Source of the DNA: an uncultured Gemmatimonadales bacterium
GTDB lineage: Bacteria; Gemmatimonadota; Gemmatimonadetes; Gemmatimonadales; Gemmatimonadaceae
DNA length: 64,000 bases
Reading direction: 5' to 3'
Assembly (NCBI GenBank): GCA_963793305.1
Contig: CAWBZV010000005.1
Span: 1,088,001-1,152,000 of the forward strand
Shown: positions 20,047 through 30,585 of the stretch, piece after piece
How the letters are laid out: each line of letters begins with the position of its first letter
Numbering within the stretch: position 1 is the first letter of the stretch
Made by a program: the position numbers and the translations under genes
The notes under the pieces: generated by a model
The model's database searches: none
The model's input: the letters and a program-made list of their open reading frames with translations, nothing else
What the model was told of the DNA's origin: nothing

Positions 20047-21002
20047 TCCAGGGCGCCGACCCGTTCTCTGGCATCCGCGGCGCCCCCGTGCTCGTCACCG
20101 GCGGCACGGGATTCGTCGGCTCGAACCTCTGCCGGTTCCTGATCCGCCAGCTCGGCTGCCGGGTGACCGCGCTCGACGATCTCTCCAACTCGTCTCGCCT
20201 GCGCATGGAAGGCTTGCAACTCGTCGTCGGCGACGTTCGCGACAGCGCGGTGGTCGAGCCGTTGCTGGCCGAGCATCCGTGGATTTTTCATCTCGCCTGC
20301 CGGACGATCCTCACCTCAGGGAGTGATCCCGAAGGCGACCTGTCGGTGAACGGGCTCAGCACGCTTCGCATGCTCGAGTTTCTTCGCCATAAGCGTCCGG
20401 CCGGATTGCAACGTTTCGTGTATACTTCATCGACGTCGATTTATGGGAACTGCCGCCATCTTCCCGCCGACGAGCTCGACCCGCCAAATATTCTCAACCA
20501 CTACGCGGCGACGAAGCTGCTCGGCGAGCATTACACCACGCTCTATCACACGGCCTACGGCGTTCCCACCGCGTGCGTACGGTACTCGAACGTCTATGGC
20601 CCGGGCCAGACGACGAGAAATCCGTACTGTGGTGTGATCGGGAAGTTCATCGAAGCCGCCCAGGCAGGCCGTCCGATGACAGTCCATGGCGACGGCGAAC
20701 AGACACGCGACTACACGTATGTCGACGACGCCGTCGAGGGCACCGTCATGGCCGCCGTCGCCCCACAAGCCCTCGGCAATGTCTTCAACATCGGCACCGG
20801 CGTCGAGACGTCGGTGAACACCCTCGCGCGCGAGATCTCGGCGCTCTTCGACGGATCCATCCCGATCGAATACCTCGATCGGCGCGACATCGACAACATC
20901 CGCCGCCGCTCGCTCTCCGCCGAGAAAATCCGTGTGCGCCTCGGCTGGCAACCCCGCGTGCGTTTGCGCGATGGCCTGCGCCGCACCGTGGAGGCGCGCT
21001 GA
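20043..21002 (+). CDS. NAD-dependent epimerase/dehydratase (extended SDR)
   Basis: TGGTGFVG, YAATK, RYSNVYGP and GDGEQTRDYTYV motifs. Confidence 0.9.
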   Translation: MIQGADPFSGIRGAPVLVTGGTGFVGSNLCRFLIRQLGCRVTALDDLSNSSRLRMEGLQLVVGDVRDSAVVEPLLAEHPWIFHLACRTILTSGSDPEGDLSVNGLSTLRMLEFLRHKRPAGLQRFVYTSSTSIYGNCRHLPADELDPPNILNHYAATKLLGEHYTTLYHTAYGVPTACVRYSNVYGPGQTTRNPYCGVIGKFIEAAQAGRPMTVHGDGEQTRDYTYVDDAVEGTVMAAVAPQALGNVFNIGTGVETSVNTLAREISALFDGSIPIEYLDRRDIDNIRRRSLSAEKIRVRLGWQPRVRLRDGLRRTVEAR

Positions 21003-22114
21003 GGCTGGGCATTTTGGCGACGCACCCGATCCAGTACTACGCGCCGTTGTTCCGCGCGCTCGCCGCACGCGGGGATGTCGATCTCACCGTCTACTTCGCG
21101 CATCGCCCGACCGCGGCGGAGCAGGGCATCGGATTCGGCGTCGCCTTCCAATGGGACGTCGACCTGACCGCCGGCTACAAGAGCGTGTTCTTGCGCAACG
21201 TCGCCCCGGGGCCGAACCGCGATCGCTTCGCGGATTACGATACCCCGGAGATCATCTCCATCATCGAGCGCCGTCTGCACGACGCGATCGTTGTCCTCGG
21301 CTGGCGCGCCAGGACCTATTGGCAGGCAATGCGCGCCTGCTGGCGGACCAATACCCCGGTGTACGTGCGCGGCGATTCTCAACTCGACGATGATCGGGGT
21401 ATCAAACGCCTCGCCAAACGCGCGCTGTATCCTCGCTTCGTCGGCCGGTTCGCCGCGTGTCTGGCTGTGGGTACCCGGAGCGAGGCGTATTTTCGGTACT
21501 ATGGCGCCCGTCGGGTTGTGCGCTCGCCGCATTTTGTCGACAACGCCGCCTTTGCGGCCGGCGCGAATCGCGCGCGCGCTTCGCGCAACGCCTTACGTGC
21601 TCAATGGGGCGTCCAGGACGCGGATCTGGCCGTGCTGTTCGTGGGCAAGCTGATCGATAAGAAACGCCCTGGGGACGTGGTCGACGCCTGTCGCCGCGTA
21701 AGCGGCGCGCGTGCTATTATCGTTGGCGATGGCCCTCTCAAGGGCACATTGGCCAATGCGACGCTTCTCGGCTTCCGGAATCAATCTGAGCTCCCGGCGA
21801 TCTACACGGCCGCGGACGTGCTCGTGCTGCCATCCGACCGTCAAGAGACCTGGGGCCTCGTGATCAACGAAGCGATGGCCGCCGGGCTCCCAGTCGTCGC
21901 CTCCGACGCGGTCGGCTGCGTCCCGGACTTGATCACGCCGGGCGTCACGGGTGATCGCTTCCCGCCGGGCAATGTCGACGCACTGGCGGCCGCATTGCGG
22001 GCCTTGGTCGATGATCCGGCGCGCGGCCCGCGGATGGCCGCCGCCGCCTCGGATCGCATCGGCCAGTACTCGGCCGATCGCGCCGCGGCAGGCGTGATGG
22101 AGGCGGTGACATGA
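20999..22114 (+). CDS. GT4 glycosyltransferase (probable CTG start)
   Basis: RLGILATHPIQY, FVGKLI.KK and ETWGLVINEAMA.GLPV motifs. Confidence 0.88.
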   Translation: MRLGILATHPIQYYAPLFRALAARGDVDLTVYFAHRPTAAEQGIGFGVAFQWDVDLTAGYKSVFLRNVAPGPNRDRFADYDTPEIISIIERRLHDAIVVLGWRARTYWQAMRACWRTNTPVYVRGDSQLDDDRGIKRLAKRALYPRFVGRFAACLAVGTRSEAYFRYYGARRVVRSPHFVDNAAFAAGANRARASRNALRAQWGVQDADLAVLFVGKLIDKKRPGDVVDACRRVSGARAIIVGDGPLKGTLANATLLGFRNQSELPAIYTAADVLVLPSDRQETWGLVINEAMAAGLPVVASDAVGCVPDLITPGVTGDRFPPGNVDALAAALRALVDDPARGPRMAAAASDRIGQYSADRAAAGVMEAVT

Positions 22115-23568
22115 CCGACATGCCCGTGCAAGTGCCGTCATTCGACGCGCCACCGGTCGCCGTCGCGAGAAAGCATCGCCGGTATTTCCTCACGACGGAC
22201 AACTGGTGGTTCATCGTCGGCACGGCATTCACCATCTCGATCGGTTGCATCACGTTCTACGAACGCGACTCGCTGTGGATCGGCCTCGGGTTGTTCTGCG
22301 CGATTATCGTGTTTCTGCACACGCTGCGCGTGTCGCCGACCGTCCCCTGGATTCCGGGTCTCATCTCGATCGTGGGGTTCGTCCAGTGGGTCATCGCCCC
22401 GTGGGCGAACTACCACGTGCCGGCCGACGCCTCGGTGTTCGAGATGACGCTGCAGCCGCCGGAGTATTTCCTCTACGCCGTCCCGGTCACGATCATGTTC
22501 GCGGTCGGGATGTATCTCCCGATGTGGCGCCTCGGCACCACCGACAAAGTCCAGCGGTCCGCGGTCGAGCCACGCGACTTTCGCGTGACGTGCGACATCA
22601 TGATCGTCATCGGGATGATCTCGTTCTTCTTCATCACGCGCGTCGGCCTCAATATCCGGTTCCTGTTCACGCTCCTGACGTACCTCGCGTTCATCGGGGC
22701 CTACGGCCTGATGATGGTGAGCGCCAAGGGGTGGGTCTGGAAGCTCATGCTCGTGCTGGCGATCCGCGTCGCAATGTCAACGTCCGAGGGGCTGTTCCAC
22801 GATCTGCTCCTCTGGGTCGTGTACACCGGCGCGCTCATCATCTTCACGAAGCGCGTGAAGATTCGGACGATCATCCTCGTGGCCGTCGCTGGTGCGTTCT
22901 TTATCGGCGTGCTCGACGAAGCCAAGTTCGCCTATCGGAATCAGATCCGCGAAAATCCGGACATGACGATCCCCGATCGATTCCAGGCGCTCGGCCAGCT
23001 CATCGTCGTGCAAGCGCAGCTGCCGGTCGAGACCTTCACCGGCGACGCGTTGAGCCACTTCGTCACGCGGCTCAACCAAGGCTGGATCATCGCCCGCGTC
23101 ATGTATTGGGTACCGGTGCAGGAGCCCTACGCGAACGGCGAGACGATTATCAATGCGTTCCGCGCCGCGCTCATCCCCCGCGTGCTCGATCCCGGAAAGT
23201 ACGAGGCCGGGGGCGTCGAGTACTTCGAGCGGTTCACCGGGTTCCACCTGTACAACACGAGCATGAATCTCGGCGTCGCCGGCGAGATGTACGCCAACTT
23301 CGGTTTGTTCGGTGGGATGATCGGCGCGTTCTTGTTCGGCTGCGGCATCGGGTTCGTATACCGCATCTTCTTTGTGCTGGCGCGGAGCTCGATCTTTTGG
23401 TGGGCGTGGGCGCCCTACGTCCTTCTCTATTCCATGCAAGCCGAGAACGGGATTGGAGAGGGCGTCAACCACGTCGCGAAGGCGTTCGTCGTCATGCTCG
23501 GTGTCGTGTACACCGTGCCGGCGTGGCGCACGCTTCGGCTGAGGCAAGGGCGCAAGGTCGTTGCGTGA
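22111..23568 (+). CDS. Multi-pass membrane protein, probable Wzy-type polymerase
   Basis: About 10 hydrophobic segments; large loop with RLNQG, IPR..P.K and GEMYANFG motifs; located inside the GT operon. Confidence 0.65.
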   Translation: MTDMPVQVPSFDAPPVAVARKHRRYFLTTDNWWFIVGTAFTISIGCITFYERDSLWIGLGLFCAIIVFLHTLRVSPTVPWIPGLISIVGFVQWVIAPWANYHVPADASVFEMTLQPPEYFLYAVPVTIMFAVGMYLPMWRLGTTDKVQRSAVEPRDFRVTCDIMIVIGMISFFFITRVGLNIRFLFTLLTYLAFIGAYGLMMVSAKGWVWKLMLVLAIRVAMSTSEGLFHDLLLWVVYTGALIIFTKRVKIRTIILVAVAGAFFIGVLDEAKFAYRNQIRENPDMTIPDRFQALGQLIVVQAQLPVETFTGDALSHFVTRLNQGWIIARVMYWVPVQEPYANGETIINAFRAALIPRVLDPGKYEAGGVEYFERFTGFHLYNTSMNLGVAGEMYANFGLFGGMIGAFLFGCGIGFVYRIFFVLARSSIFWWAWAPYVLLYSMQAENGIGEGVNHVAKAFVVMLGVVYTVPAWRTLRLRQGRKVVA

Positions 23569-24638
23569 AGGTATTGCACGCGATGCCGAACCTGACGCGT
23601 CCGTTTGGTGGCCCGATCGAAGCCCTGATCGGCTTCGTTGCGGCCGCATCTCCCCCAGCCAGCTCCACCGTCGTTGGGCCACCATGCCCGGATGCCGAGC
23701 GCGATTGGCTCGCCGCTCAACTTCCGCCTGACACGCGCATCGTCTTCGCCTCTCCGTGGGGCCGCACGATCCGCGAGCTCGCCAGCAACGCCAATGTCGT
23801 GCACGTGCACGGCCTCCTCAACCCCTTCAGTTCCTCCGCCGCCTCGGCGACCCTCTCGTCAAGCCGCCCGTTGGTCCTCGGCCCCTTCGGCACGCTGTCC
23901 CGCTACACGTTCACGCACCGCCGTCGTTGGTTGAAGGGGATCTATTTCGCGGCGATCAATGCCCCGTTTGTCCGCCGCGCGCAGGCACTGCATTTCACGA
24001 CCGAGGCCGAGCGCGACGAAGCCGCCTGGCATGGCATCGACTTCACGGGCCGTTCTCACATCGTCCCGCCCCCTTGGCGCTCTCCTGTTCCCTCACCCCA
24101 CTCCCACGGTGGGTCGACAGTTCTGTTTTTGGGTCGCCTCCACCCGAAGAAAGGCCTGGATGTTCTCCTCAATGCGTGGCCGCTCGTCCGGACCCGTCGC
24201 GAGTCGGCACGTTTGATCATTGCCGGGAGCGGCGACAGGAGTTTGGTAAAAGAAATCCCCGGCGTTGAATTCAAGGGGTTCGTCACGGGGGAAACGAAAG
24301 CCGATTGTCTCGCCAATGCCGACGTTTTCGTACTCCCATCGCACAACGAGAACTTCGGCATTGCCGTCCTCGAAGCCATAGCAGCCGGCGTCCCAGTCGT
24401 CGTGAGCCCGGGGGTTCAGCTCGCCCCATGGATCAAAGACCGGGGCCTTGGCATCGTGGCCGACCGCGACCCCAAAGCACTGGCCGACGCGATCCTCGCT
24501 GTGCTCGGTGACGCCGAGCTTCGCTCCCGCGTCGCCCGAAGTGGGGCCGAGGCGGTCGTTGCGGACTTCGGGATGCCGCGCGTGGCTCCCGCACTGCTTG
24601 CCATGTACCGAAGCGCCATCGAACGATGTACGTCTTAG
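23565..24638 (+). CDS. GT4 glycosyltransferase
   Basis: GGP, VHVHG, FLGRLHPKKG and PSHNENFGIAVLEA motifs. Confidence 0.9.
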   Translation: MKVLHAMPNLTRPFGGPIEALIGFVAAASPPASSTVVGPPCPDAERDWLAAQLPPDTRIVFASPWGRTIRELASNANVVHVHGLLNPFSSSAASATLSSSRPLVLGPFGTLSRYTFTHRRRWLKGIYFAAINAPFVRRAQALHFTTEAERDEAAWHGIDFTGRSHIVPPPWRSPVPSPHSHGGSTVLFLGRLHPKKGLDVLLNAWPLVRTRRESARLIIAGSGDRSLVKEIPGVEFKGFVTGETKADCLANADVFVLPSHNENFGIAVLEAIAAGVPVVVSPGVQLAPWIKDRGLGIVADRDPKALADAILAVLGDAELRSRVARSGAEAVVADFGMPRVAPALLAMYRSAIERCTS

Positions 24639-26345
24639 GCATCAACGCATACCACGGCAACGTCTCGGCCGCGCTCCTGCGCGACGGGGTGCTCGTCGCG
24701 GCCGTCGAAGAAGAGCGATTCCGGCGCATCAAGCACTACGCCGGGTTTCCGACGATGGCGATCCGGTCCGTCCTCGCCGAAGCCGGTATCGGCGGCGCGG
24801 AGGTCGACCACGTCGCGATCAGCCGGTCGCCACGCGCCCATCTGGCTCGCAAGGCGCTGTTCGCGCTGACGCATCGACCGAACCTCGCCCTCGTCCGCGA
24901 CCGTCTTCGCAATCGCCGGAAGGTTGCCGAGGTTGGGCTACCCCTCGCCGAGGCACTCGGCGCGGAACCGCGCGCGCTGCATTTCGTCGAACACCACCCG
25001 GCGCACCTGGCGAGCACGTTTTTCGTGTCGCCATTCAACGACGCAGCATGCTGTGCCGTCGACGGCTTCGGCGACTTCGTCAGCACGTCGATGGCGATGG
25101 GCCGTGGGAACAAACTGGACGTCCTGCGCAACGTATTCTTCCCGCACTCTCTGGGGATGATGTACACGGCGGTGACGCAGTATCTCGGCTTCCCCAGCTT
25201 CGGAGACGAATTCAAAGTCATGGGCCTGGCGCCCTATGGAAAGCCGACCGCGGTCGCCGAGATCCGACGACTCGTACGGTTGACCGCCGGGGGAAGGTTT
25301 GAGCTGGACCTCCGCTATTTCCGCCATTGGTCCGATGGTGTGACCATGGAGTGGGACAACGGCTACCCGACGCTTAGGCAGTGTCTTTACCCCACAGCTC
25401 GAGTCTCTGCTGGGACCCAGCCGGAAGCCCGCCGAGCCGTTGACGAGCCGCCACGAAGACCTGGCCCACTCGCTCCAGGTCGTCTACGAAGAGTGCTTCA
25501 CGCACGTGCTCGAGGGTCTCTGGGATCTCACGCAGACCCCGCGCCTGTGCCTCGCGGGAGGCTGCGCGATGAACAGCGTCGCGAACGGCAAGATTCGCCA
25601 ACGCACGCCGTTTCGCGAGGTCTATATCCAACCTGCCTCCAGTGACAACGGCACCGCGCTCGGCGCGGCCTACTACGTCTGGAACCAGATCCTGGGTCGC
25701 GAGCGCGCGTTCGTGATGGAGCACGGCTATTGGGGCCCGGCGCACCTTGATGTCGCGAACGTGCTGGCCCCGCTCGACGGCGCCTATGCCATCGAGCATT
25801 TCGAGACCCCGGACGCCGTTGCGCGGGCTACCGCGCGCCTCATCGCCGATGGCAATGTCGTCGGCTGGTACCAGGGCCGCATGGAATGGGGCGCCCGCGC
25901 CCTCGGCAATCGCAGCATCGTCGCCGACCCCCGCCGCGCGGACATTCGCGAGTTGATCAACGTGAAGATCAAATTCCGCGAGAAGTTTCGCCCGTTCGCG
26001 CCCTCGGTCGCCGAGGAAGCGATCGACGAGTGGTTCGAAGGCGCGGTCCCGGATCCGTTCATGATCCAGGTCTATCCCGTGCGCCCGGATAAGCGCGCCG
26101 TGATTCCCGCCGTCACGCACGTCGACGGCAGCGGCCGCCTGCAAACGGTGAGCGCGCGCACGAATCCCGCGTACTATCGCCTGATCAAAGAATTCGAAGC
26201 GTTGACCGGTGTTCCCATCGTGCTCAACACGAGCTTTAACGAAAACGAGCCGATCGTCGAAACGCCGGCCCAGGCGCTCGACTGCTTCTTGCGCACCAAA
26301 ATGGATGCGATCGTACTGAACACCACGCTGGTGCGCCGCAAATGA
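24626..26345 (+). CDS. Carbamoyltransferase (NodU/CmcH/TobZ family), frameshift at ~25377
   Basis: EEERF.R.KH, EHHPAH, VDGFG, EFKVMGLAPYG, AGGCAMN, EWGARALGNRS, KFREKFRPFAPS, HVDGSGR and LNTSFN motifs. Confidence 0.92.
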
Positions 26346-27379
26346 AAGCGGTGCTCCGCCGTGCCCTCCCGTGGGTGGCCGCGGTCGCCGGGCGCGCCGT
26401 CAGGCGCGAGCCGGATGGACCCGGCGCGCTGCCTGATCGGCCAAAGATCCTGCTGCTGCAGCTCCAGCAGGTGGGCGACAGCATGGCGGTCTCCCCGCTG
26501 CTCCGTGCGTTGCACCGGCGCTATCCGGACATGATGCTCGACGTGCTGGCCAGCCCGGCGGCCAAGGCTGTGCACCGGAAGTCCCCCCACGTGCACGCCA
26601 TGCTGACGGCTGCCCGCGGGGTCCGGTACGATTGCGTACTGGCGTGCGTCAATCAGGTATCGTTTCGCTATGCCATGATTGCCGCCCTGACCGGAGCCCC
26701 GCGAAGGCTTGGATTCGATGTCGACAGCGCAGGATTTCTGTTCACCCGTCGCCTGGCCGTTCCCCATGGCGTCAACGTGATCCGGGCCAATATGCTCCTC
26801 GCCGCGGCCCTGGACGCGGACGCCACGAATCCGGTCGAAGAATTCTGGTTCGACGACGCGGACCGCGAAGCGGCCGCGCAGTTGGTGCCCGAGCAGCCGT
26901 ACGTGGTGATACACCCGGGTTCGAACTGGCAGTCGAAAACGTGGTACGCCGATCGCTGGGCCGCCGTCGCGGATGCCCTCGCGCCGCTCGTTCCGGTATT
27001 CGTGGGAACGGCCGCGGACGCGCCGCTCGTCGAAGAGATCGGCCGAGGCATTTCGCTGGTCGGCAAGACCGATCTGTGTCAACTCGGCGCCGTGATGGAG
27101 CGCGCCGAGTTGTGCATTGCGACCGACTCGGGCCCTCGCCACATCGCCGGCGCACTGGGTCGCCCGCTCGTCACGGTGATGAGCTCGCTCGACGAGCCCT
27201 CTCGCTGGACCTTCGATCGCCCGAACGAGATCGTGCTCCGCACCGACCCACCGTGCGCCGCCTGTCTCCTCTCGTACTGCTCCCATCGAACGTGCATGGA
27301 TCGCTTGACGGTCGATGCCGTGCTCTCGGCTTGCGCGCGAGCGCGCCGTCACTCTCAATTACCGACACATGTCGCATGA
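26342..27379 (+). CDS. GT9 (heptosyltransferase-like) glycosyltransferase
   Basis: VGDS, IHPGS..SKTW, GKTDL and DSGPRHIA motifs; C-terminal Cys cluster. Confidence 0.88.
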   Translation: MKAVLRRALPWVAAVAGRAVRREPDGPGALPDRPKILLLQLQQVGDSMAVSPLLRALHRRYPDMMLDVLASPAAKAVHRKSPHVHAMLTAARGVRYDCVLACVNQVSFRYAMIAALTGAPRRLGFDVDSAGFLFTRRLAVPHGVNVIRANMLLAAALDADATNPVEEFWFDDADREAAAQLVPEQPYVVIHPGSNWQSKTWYADRWAAVADALAPLVPVFVGTAADAPLVEEIGRGISLVGKTDLCQLGAVMERAELCIATDSGPRHIAGALGRPLVTVMSSLDEPSRWTFDRPNEIVLRTDPPCAACLLSYCSHRTCMDRLTVDAVLSACARARRHSQLPTHVA

Positions 27380-28343
27380 CATCGCCGTCGTGACCGGGGC
27401 CGGCGGATTCATCGGCCACCATTTGGTCAAGCGATTGAAGGCCGAGGGCTATCGGGTGCGCGGGGTGGACATCAAGCACCCGGAATTCGAGCCGACCGCC
27501 GCCGACGAATTCGAGCTGTTGGATCTCCGTCGCTGGGAACCGTGCCGCCAGGCTGTTCGCAACGCCTCGGAGATCTACAACCTCGCGGCAAACATGGGCG
27601 GGATCGGCTTCATCGAGCACAACAAAGCCGTGATCATGCACGACAATGTGCTGATCAACATGCACATGTTAGAGGCGGCCCGCGAAGCGGGCGCCAAGAA
27701 GTTCCTGTACACGTCGTCAGCGTGCATCTACCCGCTGTACAAGCAACAAACCCCGGACGTGACGCCGCTCAAAGAAGAAGATGCCTACCCGGCGGATCCC
27801 GAAGACGGGTACGGCTGGGAGAAGCTCTTCAGCGAGCGCCAATGCCGCCACTATTTCGAAGACTTCGGCCTCGAAACGCGCGTCGCGCGGTTTCACAATA
27901 TCTTTGGCCCGCTCGGCACGTACGATGGCGGCCGAGAAAAATCACCGGCCGCGATCTGCCGCAAAGTCGCTCTCGCGTCCAATGGTGGCGAGATAGAAGT
28001 GTGGGGCGACGGCACCCAGACGCGCTCCTACTGCTATATCAATGATTGCGTCGAAGGCGTTCGGCGGCTGATGCAATCGAACCACCGGAACCCACTCAAT
28101 ATCGGCCAGGAGCGTTTGATCTCGATCAACGAGCTGGTCGCGATCGTCGCCACGGTGGCGGGGAAAGGCGTCACGAAGCGCCATTTGCCCGCGGCGCCGC
28201 AGGGTGTCAAAGGCCGTACGAGCGACAACACACGGCTCCGCGCTGTTCTCGGCTGGGAGCCGGTCATCACCCTGGAAGAGGGTTTGCGCCGCACGTACGG
28301 TTGGATCGAAGAACAACTCGCGGCTCGTGCTCCTACTCATTAA
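27369..28343 (+). CDS. GDP-mannose 3',5'-epimerase-like SDR
   Basis: NLAANMGGIGF, SSACIYP, YGWEK and RFHNIFGP.GT..GGREKSPAAICRK match the GME signature as I recall it. Confidence 0.8.
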   Translation: MSHDIAVVTGAGGFIGHHLVKRLKAEGYRVRGVDIKHPEFEPTAADEFELLDLRRWEPCRQAVRNASEIYNLAANMGGIGFIEHNKAVIMHDNVLINMHMLEAAREAGAKKFLYTSSACIYPLYKQQTPDVTPLKEEDAYPADPEDGYGWEKLFSERQCRHYFEDFGLETRVARFHNIFGPLGTYDGGREKSPAAICRKVALASNGGEIEVWGDGTQTRSYCYINDCVEGVRRLMQSNHRNPLNIGQERLISINELVAIVATVAGKGVTKRHLPAAPQGVKGRTSDNTRLRAVLGWEPVITLEEGLRRTYGWIEEQLAARAPTH

Positions 28344-29526
28344 CCAACACTACTACCCAGACGTTGCCTCGACCGGTCAGCACCTGACCGACCTCGCCGA
28401 GTATCTCGCGGCACGGGGCGCCGAGGTGCGGGTGCTGACGGGGCGCGCGCACTACGTCGACGGCCGCCTCGAAGCGCCGGCGCGCGAATCGCGCAACGGC
28501 GTCGTGATCCGCCGGTTTCGCACCACGACATTCGGACGCGCCTCACGTCTGGGCCGCATCGTGGATTACGCGACGTTCTATATACGCGCGCTGTTCGCCC
28601 TGCTTGCGGCGCCGGCCGATGATCTGACGGTGCTGTTCCTGACGACGCCGCCGATGCTCGCGGTGATGGGCTGGTTGGTTGCCGCGCTTCGCCTCCGGCG
28701 CTTCCGCTACGGCATCTGGTCGATGGACCTCCACCCCGACGCCGAGATCGCCGCGGGGATGGTGCGAGCGACGAGCCCGGTCGGGCGGCTCCTGGTCTGG
28801 CTCGACGAACGGGCGTTCCTGGGCGCGGCCTTTGTCGTGGACCTCGGTCCGTACATGAAGCGCCGGATCGTTGCCAAGGGCGTTCCGGAGTCCCGCACGC
28901 ATACGATCCCCGTGTGGGGCCACGCCGAGTCCACGAGCGGGCGGCCGCTCCGGACCGAGCTCGGGCTCGAGGGGCGCTTCGTGGTCATGTATTCGGGCAA
29001 CGCGGGCCTCGTGCACGAGTTCGGCGACATCCTGGCCGCCATGCGTCTCTTGCGCGATGAGCCCAGCATCTATTTTCTCTTTGCCGGCGGGGGCCCCCGC
29101 CGGGCTGAGATAGAGGCGTTCGCACAAGAGGCGCGACTGACGAATTTCAGCTATCGCCCGTACTTCGCGCGCGAGGAGCTCGGCGACGCACTGGCCGTCG
29201 GCAATGTGCATCTCATCGCGCTGGGCGCGCCGTTTGTCGGCGTGTCCGTTCCCGGGAAATTGTACGGCATCATGGCGGCCGGGCGTCCGGCGCTCTTCGT
29301 CGGCCCGTCGTCGTGCGAAACGGCCGACACGATCCGTGACGCTGGTTGCGGTCTCGTCGTAGACCCCACTTCCGGCGCCGCCCCACGGCAGATTGCCGAC
29401 GCGGTGCTCGCCTGGCGCGCCAACCCGGCCTCGGCCCGCGACGCGGGCGAGCGTGGCCGCGTCGCCTTCGAGCGCCAGTTCGGCGCCGAGACCAATTGTG
29501 CGGCCTTCGCGGAAGTCCTGCGATGA
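28327..29526 (+). CDS. GT4 glycosyltransferase (WbuB/WcaI-like)
   Basis: INQHYYPD..STGQ, TTPP, MDLHPD, YSGNAG and VPGKLYGIMAAGRP motifs. Confidence 0.88.
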   Translation: MLLLINQHYYPDVASTGQHLTDLAEYLAARGAEVRVLTGRAHYVDGRLEAPARESRNGVVIRRFRTTTFGRASRLGRIVDYATFYIRALFALLAAPADDLTVLFLTTPPMLAVMGWLVAALRLRRFRYGIWSMDLHPDAEIAAGMVRATSPVGRLLVWLDERAFLGAAFVVDLGPYMKRRIVAKGVPESRTHTIPVWGHAESTSGRPLRTELGLEGRFVVMYSGNAGLVHEFGDILAAMRLLRDEPSIYFLFAGGGPRRAEIEAFAQEARLTNFSYRPYFAREELGDALAVGNVHLIALGAPFVGVSVPGKLYGIMAAGRPALFVGPSSCETADTIRDAGCGLVVDPTSGAAPRQIADAVLAWRANPASARDAGERGRVAFERQFGAETNCAAFAEVLR

Positions 29527-30581
29527 AGCTGCTCCATGTGGTGGGCGCCCGCCCAAACTTCCCGAAACTGGCCCCGCTCTCGCGTCAGGCGCGGGCGGTC
29601 GGCATCGACCAAATAGTCGTGCACACGGGCCAGCACTACGATGACGCCATGTCCGCGTCGTTTTTTCGTGACCTCGGCCTGCGCCCGCCCGATATCAACC
29701 TCGATGTCGGATCGGCCACGCACGCGGTGCAGACCGCCCGCGTGATGGAACGCTTCGAGCCCGTCCTCCTCCAGCATCGCCCGGACTGGACGGTCGTCTA
29801 CGGCAATGTCAACTCGACGCTCGCGGCAACGCTCGTCGCCTCGAAGCTCGGATTCCGCGTTGCCCACGTCGAAGCCGGCGTGCGCAGCGGCGACCGGTCG
29901 ATGCCCGAGGAGATCAATCGCATCGTGACCGATCGCCTGGCGGATCTGTTGTTGACCCCATCCCGCACGGCCGATCGCACGCTGCGGGCCGAAGGGGAGC
30001 CGGACGACGAGATCATGTTCGTCGGCAACGTGATGGTGGATGCGCTGCTCTATGCGGTCCAGCGCGCCCGCACGATCGGTTTTCGTGCCCGCCTCGGTCT
30101 GTCGGCCGCTCCCATCACCGTCACCTTGCACCGGCCGGCGAACGTCGACAACCCCGCCCGTCTCACCGCGATCGTGTCGGCGCTGCGCGAAGTGGCGGCC
30201 ATGCGACCGGTCGTTTTTCCCGTGCATCCGCGCACGCGCGGGCAGCTCCAGATGGGGCGTTTCGATATGGGCGCCGTGCGGCTGATCGATCCCGTGGGCT
30301 ATCTGGAGATGGTGGATCTCGTCGAAGGGTCCCACGCGGTGATCACGGATTCCGGCGGGCTCCAGGTCGAAAGCACGGCGCTCGGGGTCCCGTGCCTCAC
30401 GGTGAGAGACACGACCGAGTGGCCCGAGACGATCGAGTGCGGAGCCAATCGCCTCGTTCCGGACCCTAAGGACCTCGTCGACGCGGTCGCATCGATCACC
30501 CGTCTGGATGACGCACCGCGTCCGGAAGGCTGGGATGGGATGGCTGCCGTGCGCGCGGTGGACTGCCTGCGCACACACTGA
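29523..30581 (+). CDS. wecB: UDP-N-acetylhexosamine 2-epimerase (non-hydrolysing), copy 1
   Basis: GARPN, HTGQHYD, HVEAG.RS, MPEEINR, TLHRP, VHPRT and TDSGG motifs. Confidence 0.9.
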   Translation: MKLLHVVGARPNFPKLAPLSRQARAVGIDQIVVHTGQHYDDAMSASFFRDLGLRPPDINLDVGSATHAVQTARVMERFEPVLLQHRPDWTVVYGNVNSTLAATLVASKLGFRVAHVEAGVRSGDRSMPEEINRIVTDRLADLLLTPSRTADRTLRAEGEPDDEIMFVGNVMVDALLYAVQRARTIGFRARLGLSAAPITVTLHRPANVDNPARLTAIVSALREVAAMRPVVFPVHPRTRGQLQMGRFDMGAVRLIDPVGYLEMVDLVEGSHAVITDSGGLQVESTALGVPCLTVRDTTEWPETIECGANRLVPDPKDLVDAVASITRLDDAPRPEGWDGMAAVRAVDCLRTH

Positions 30582-30585
30582 CGCC

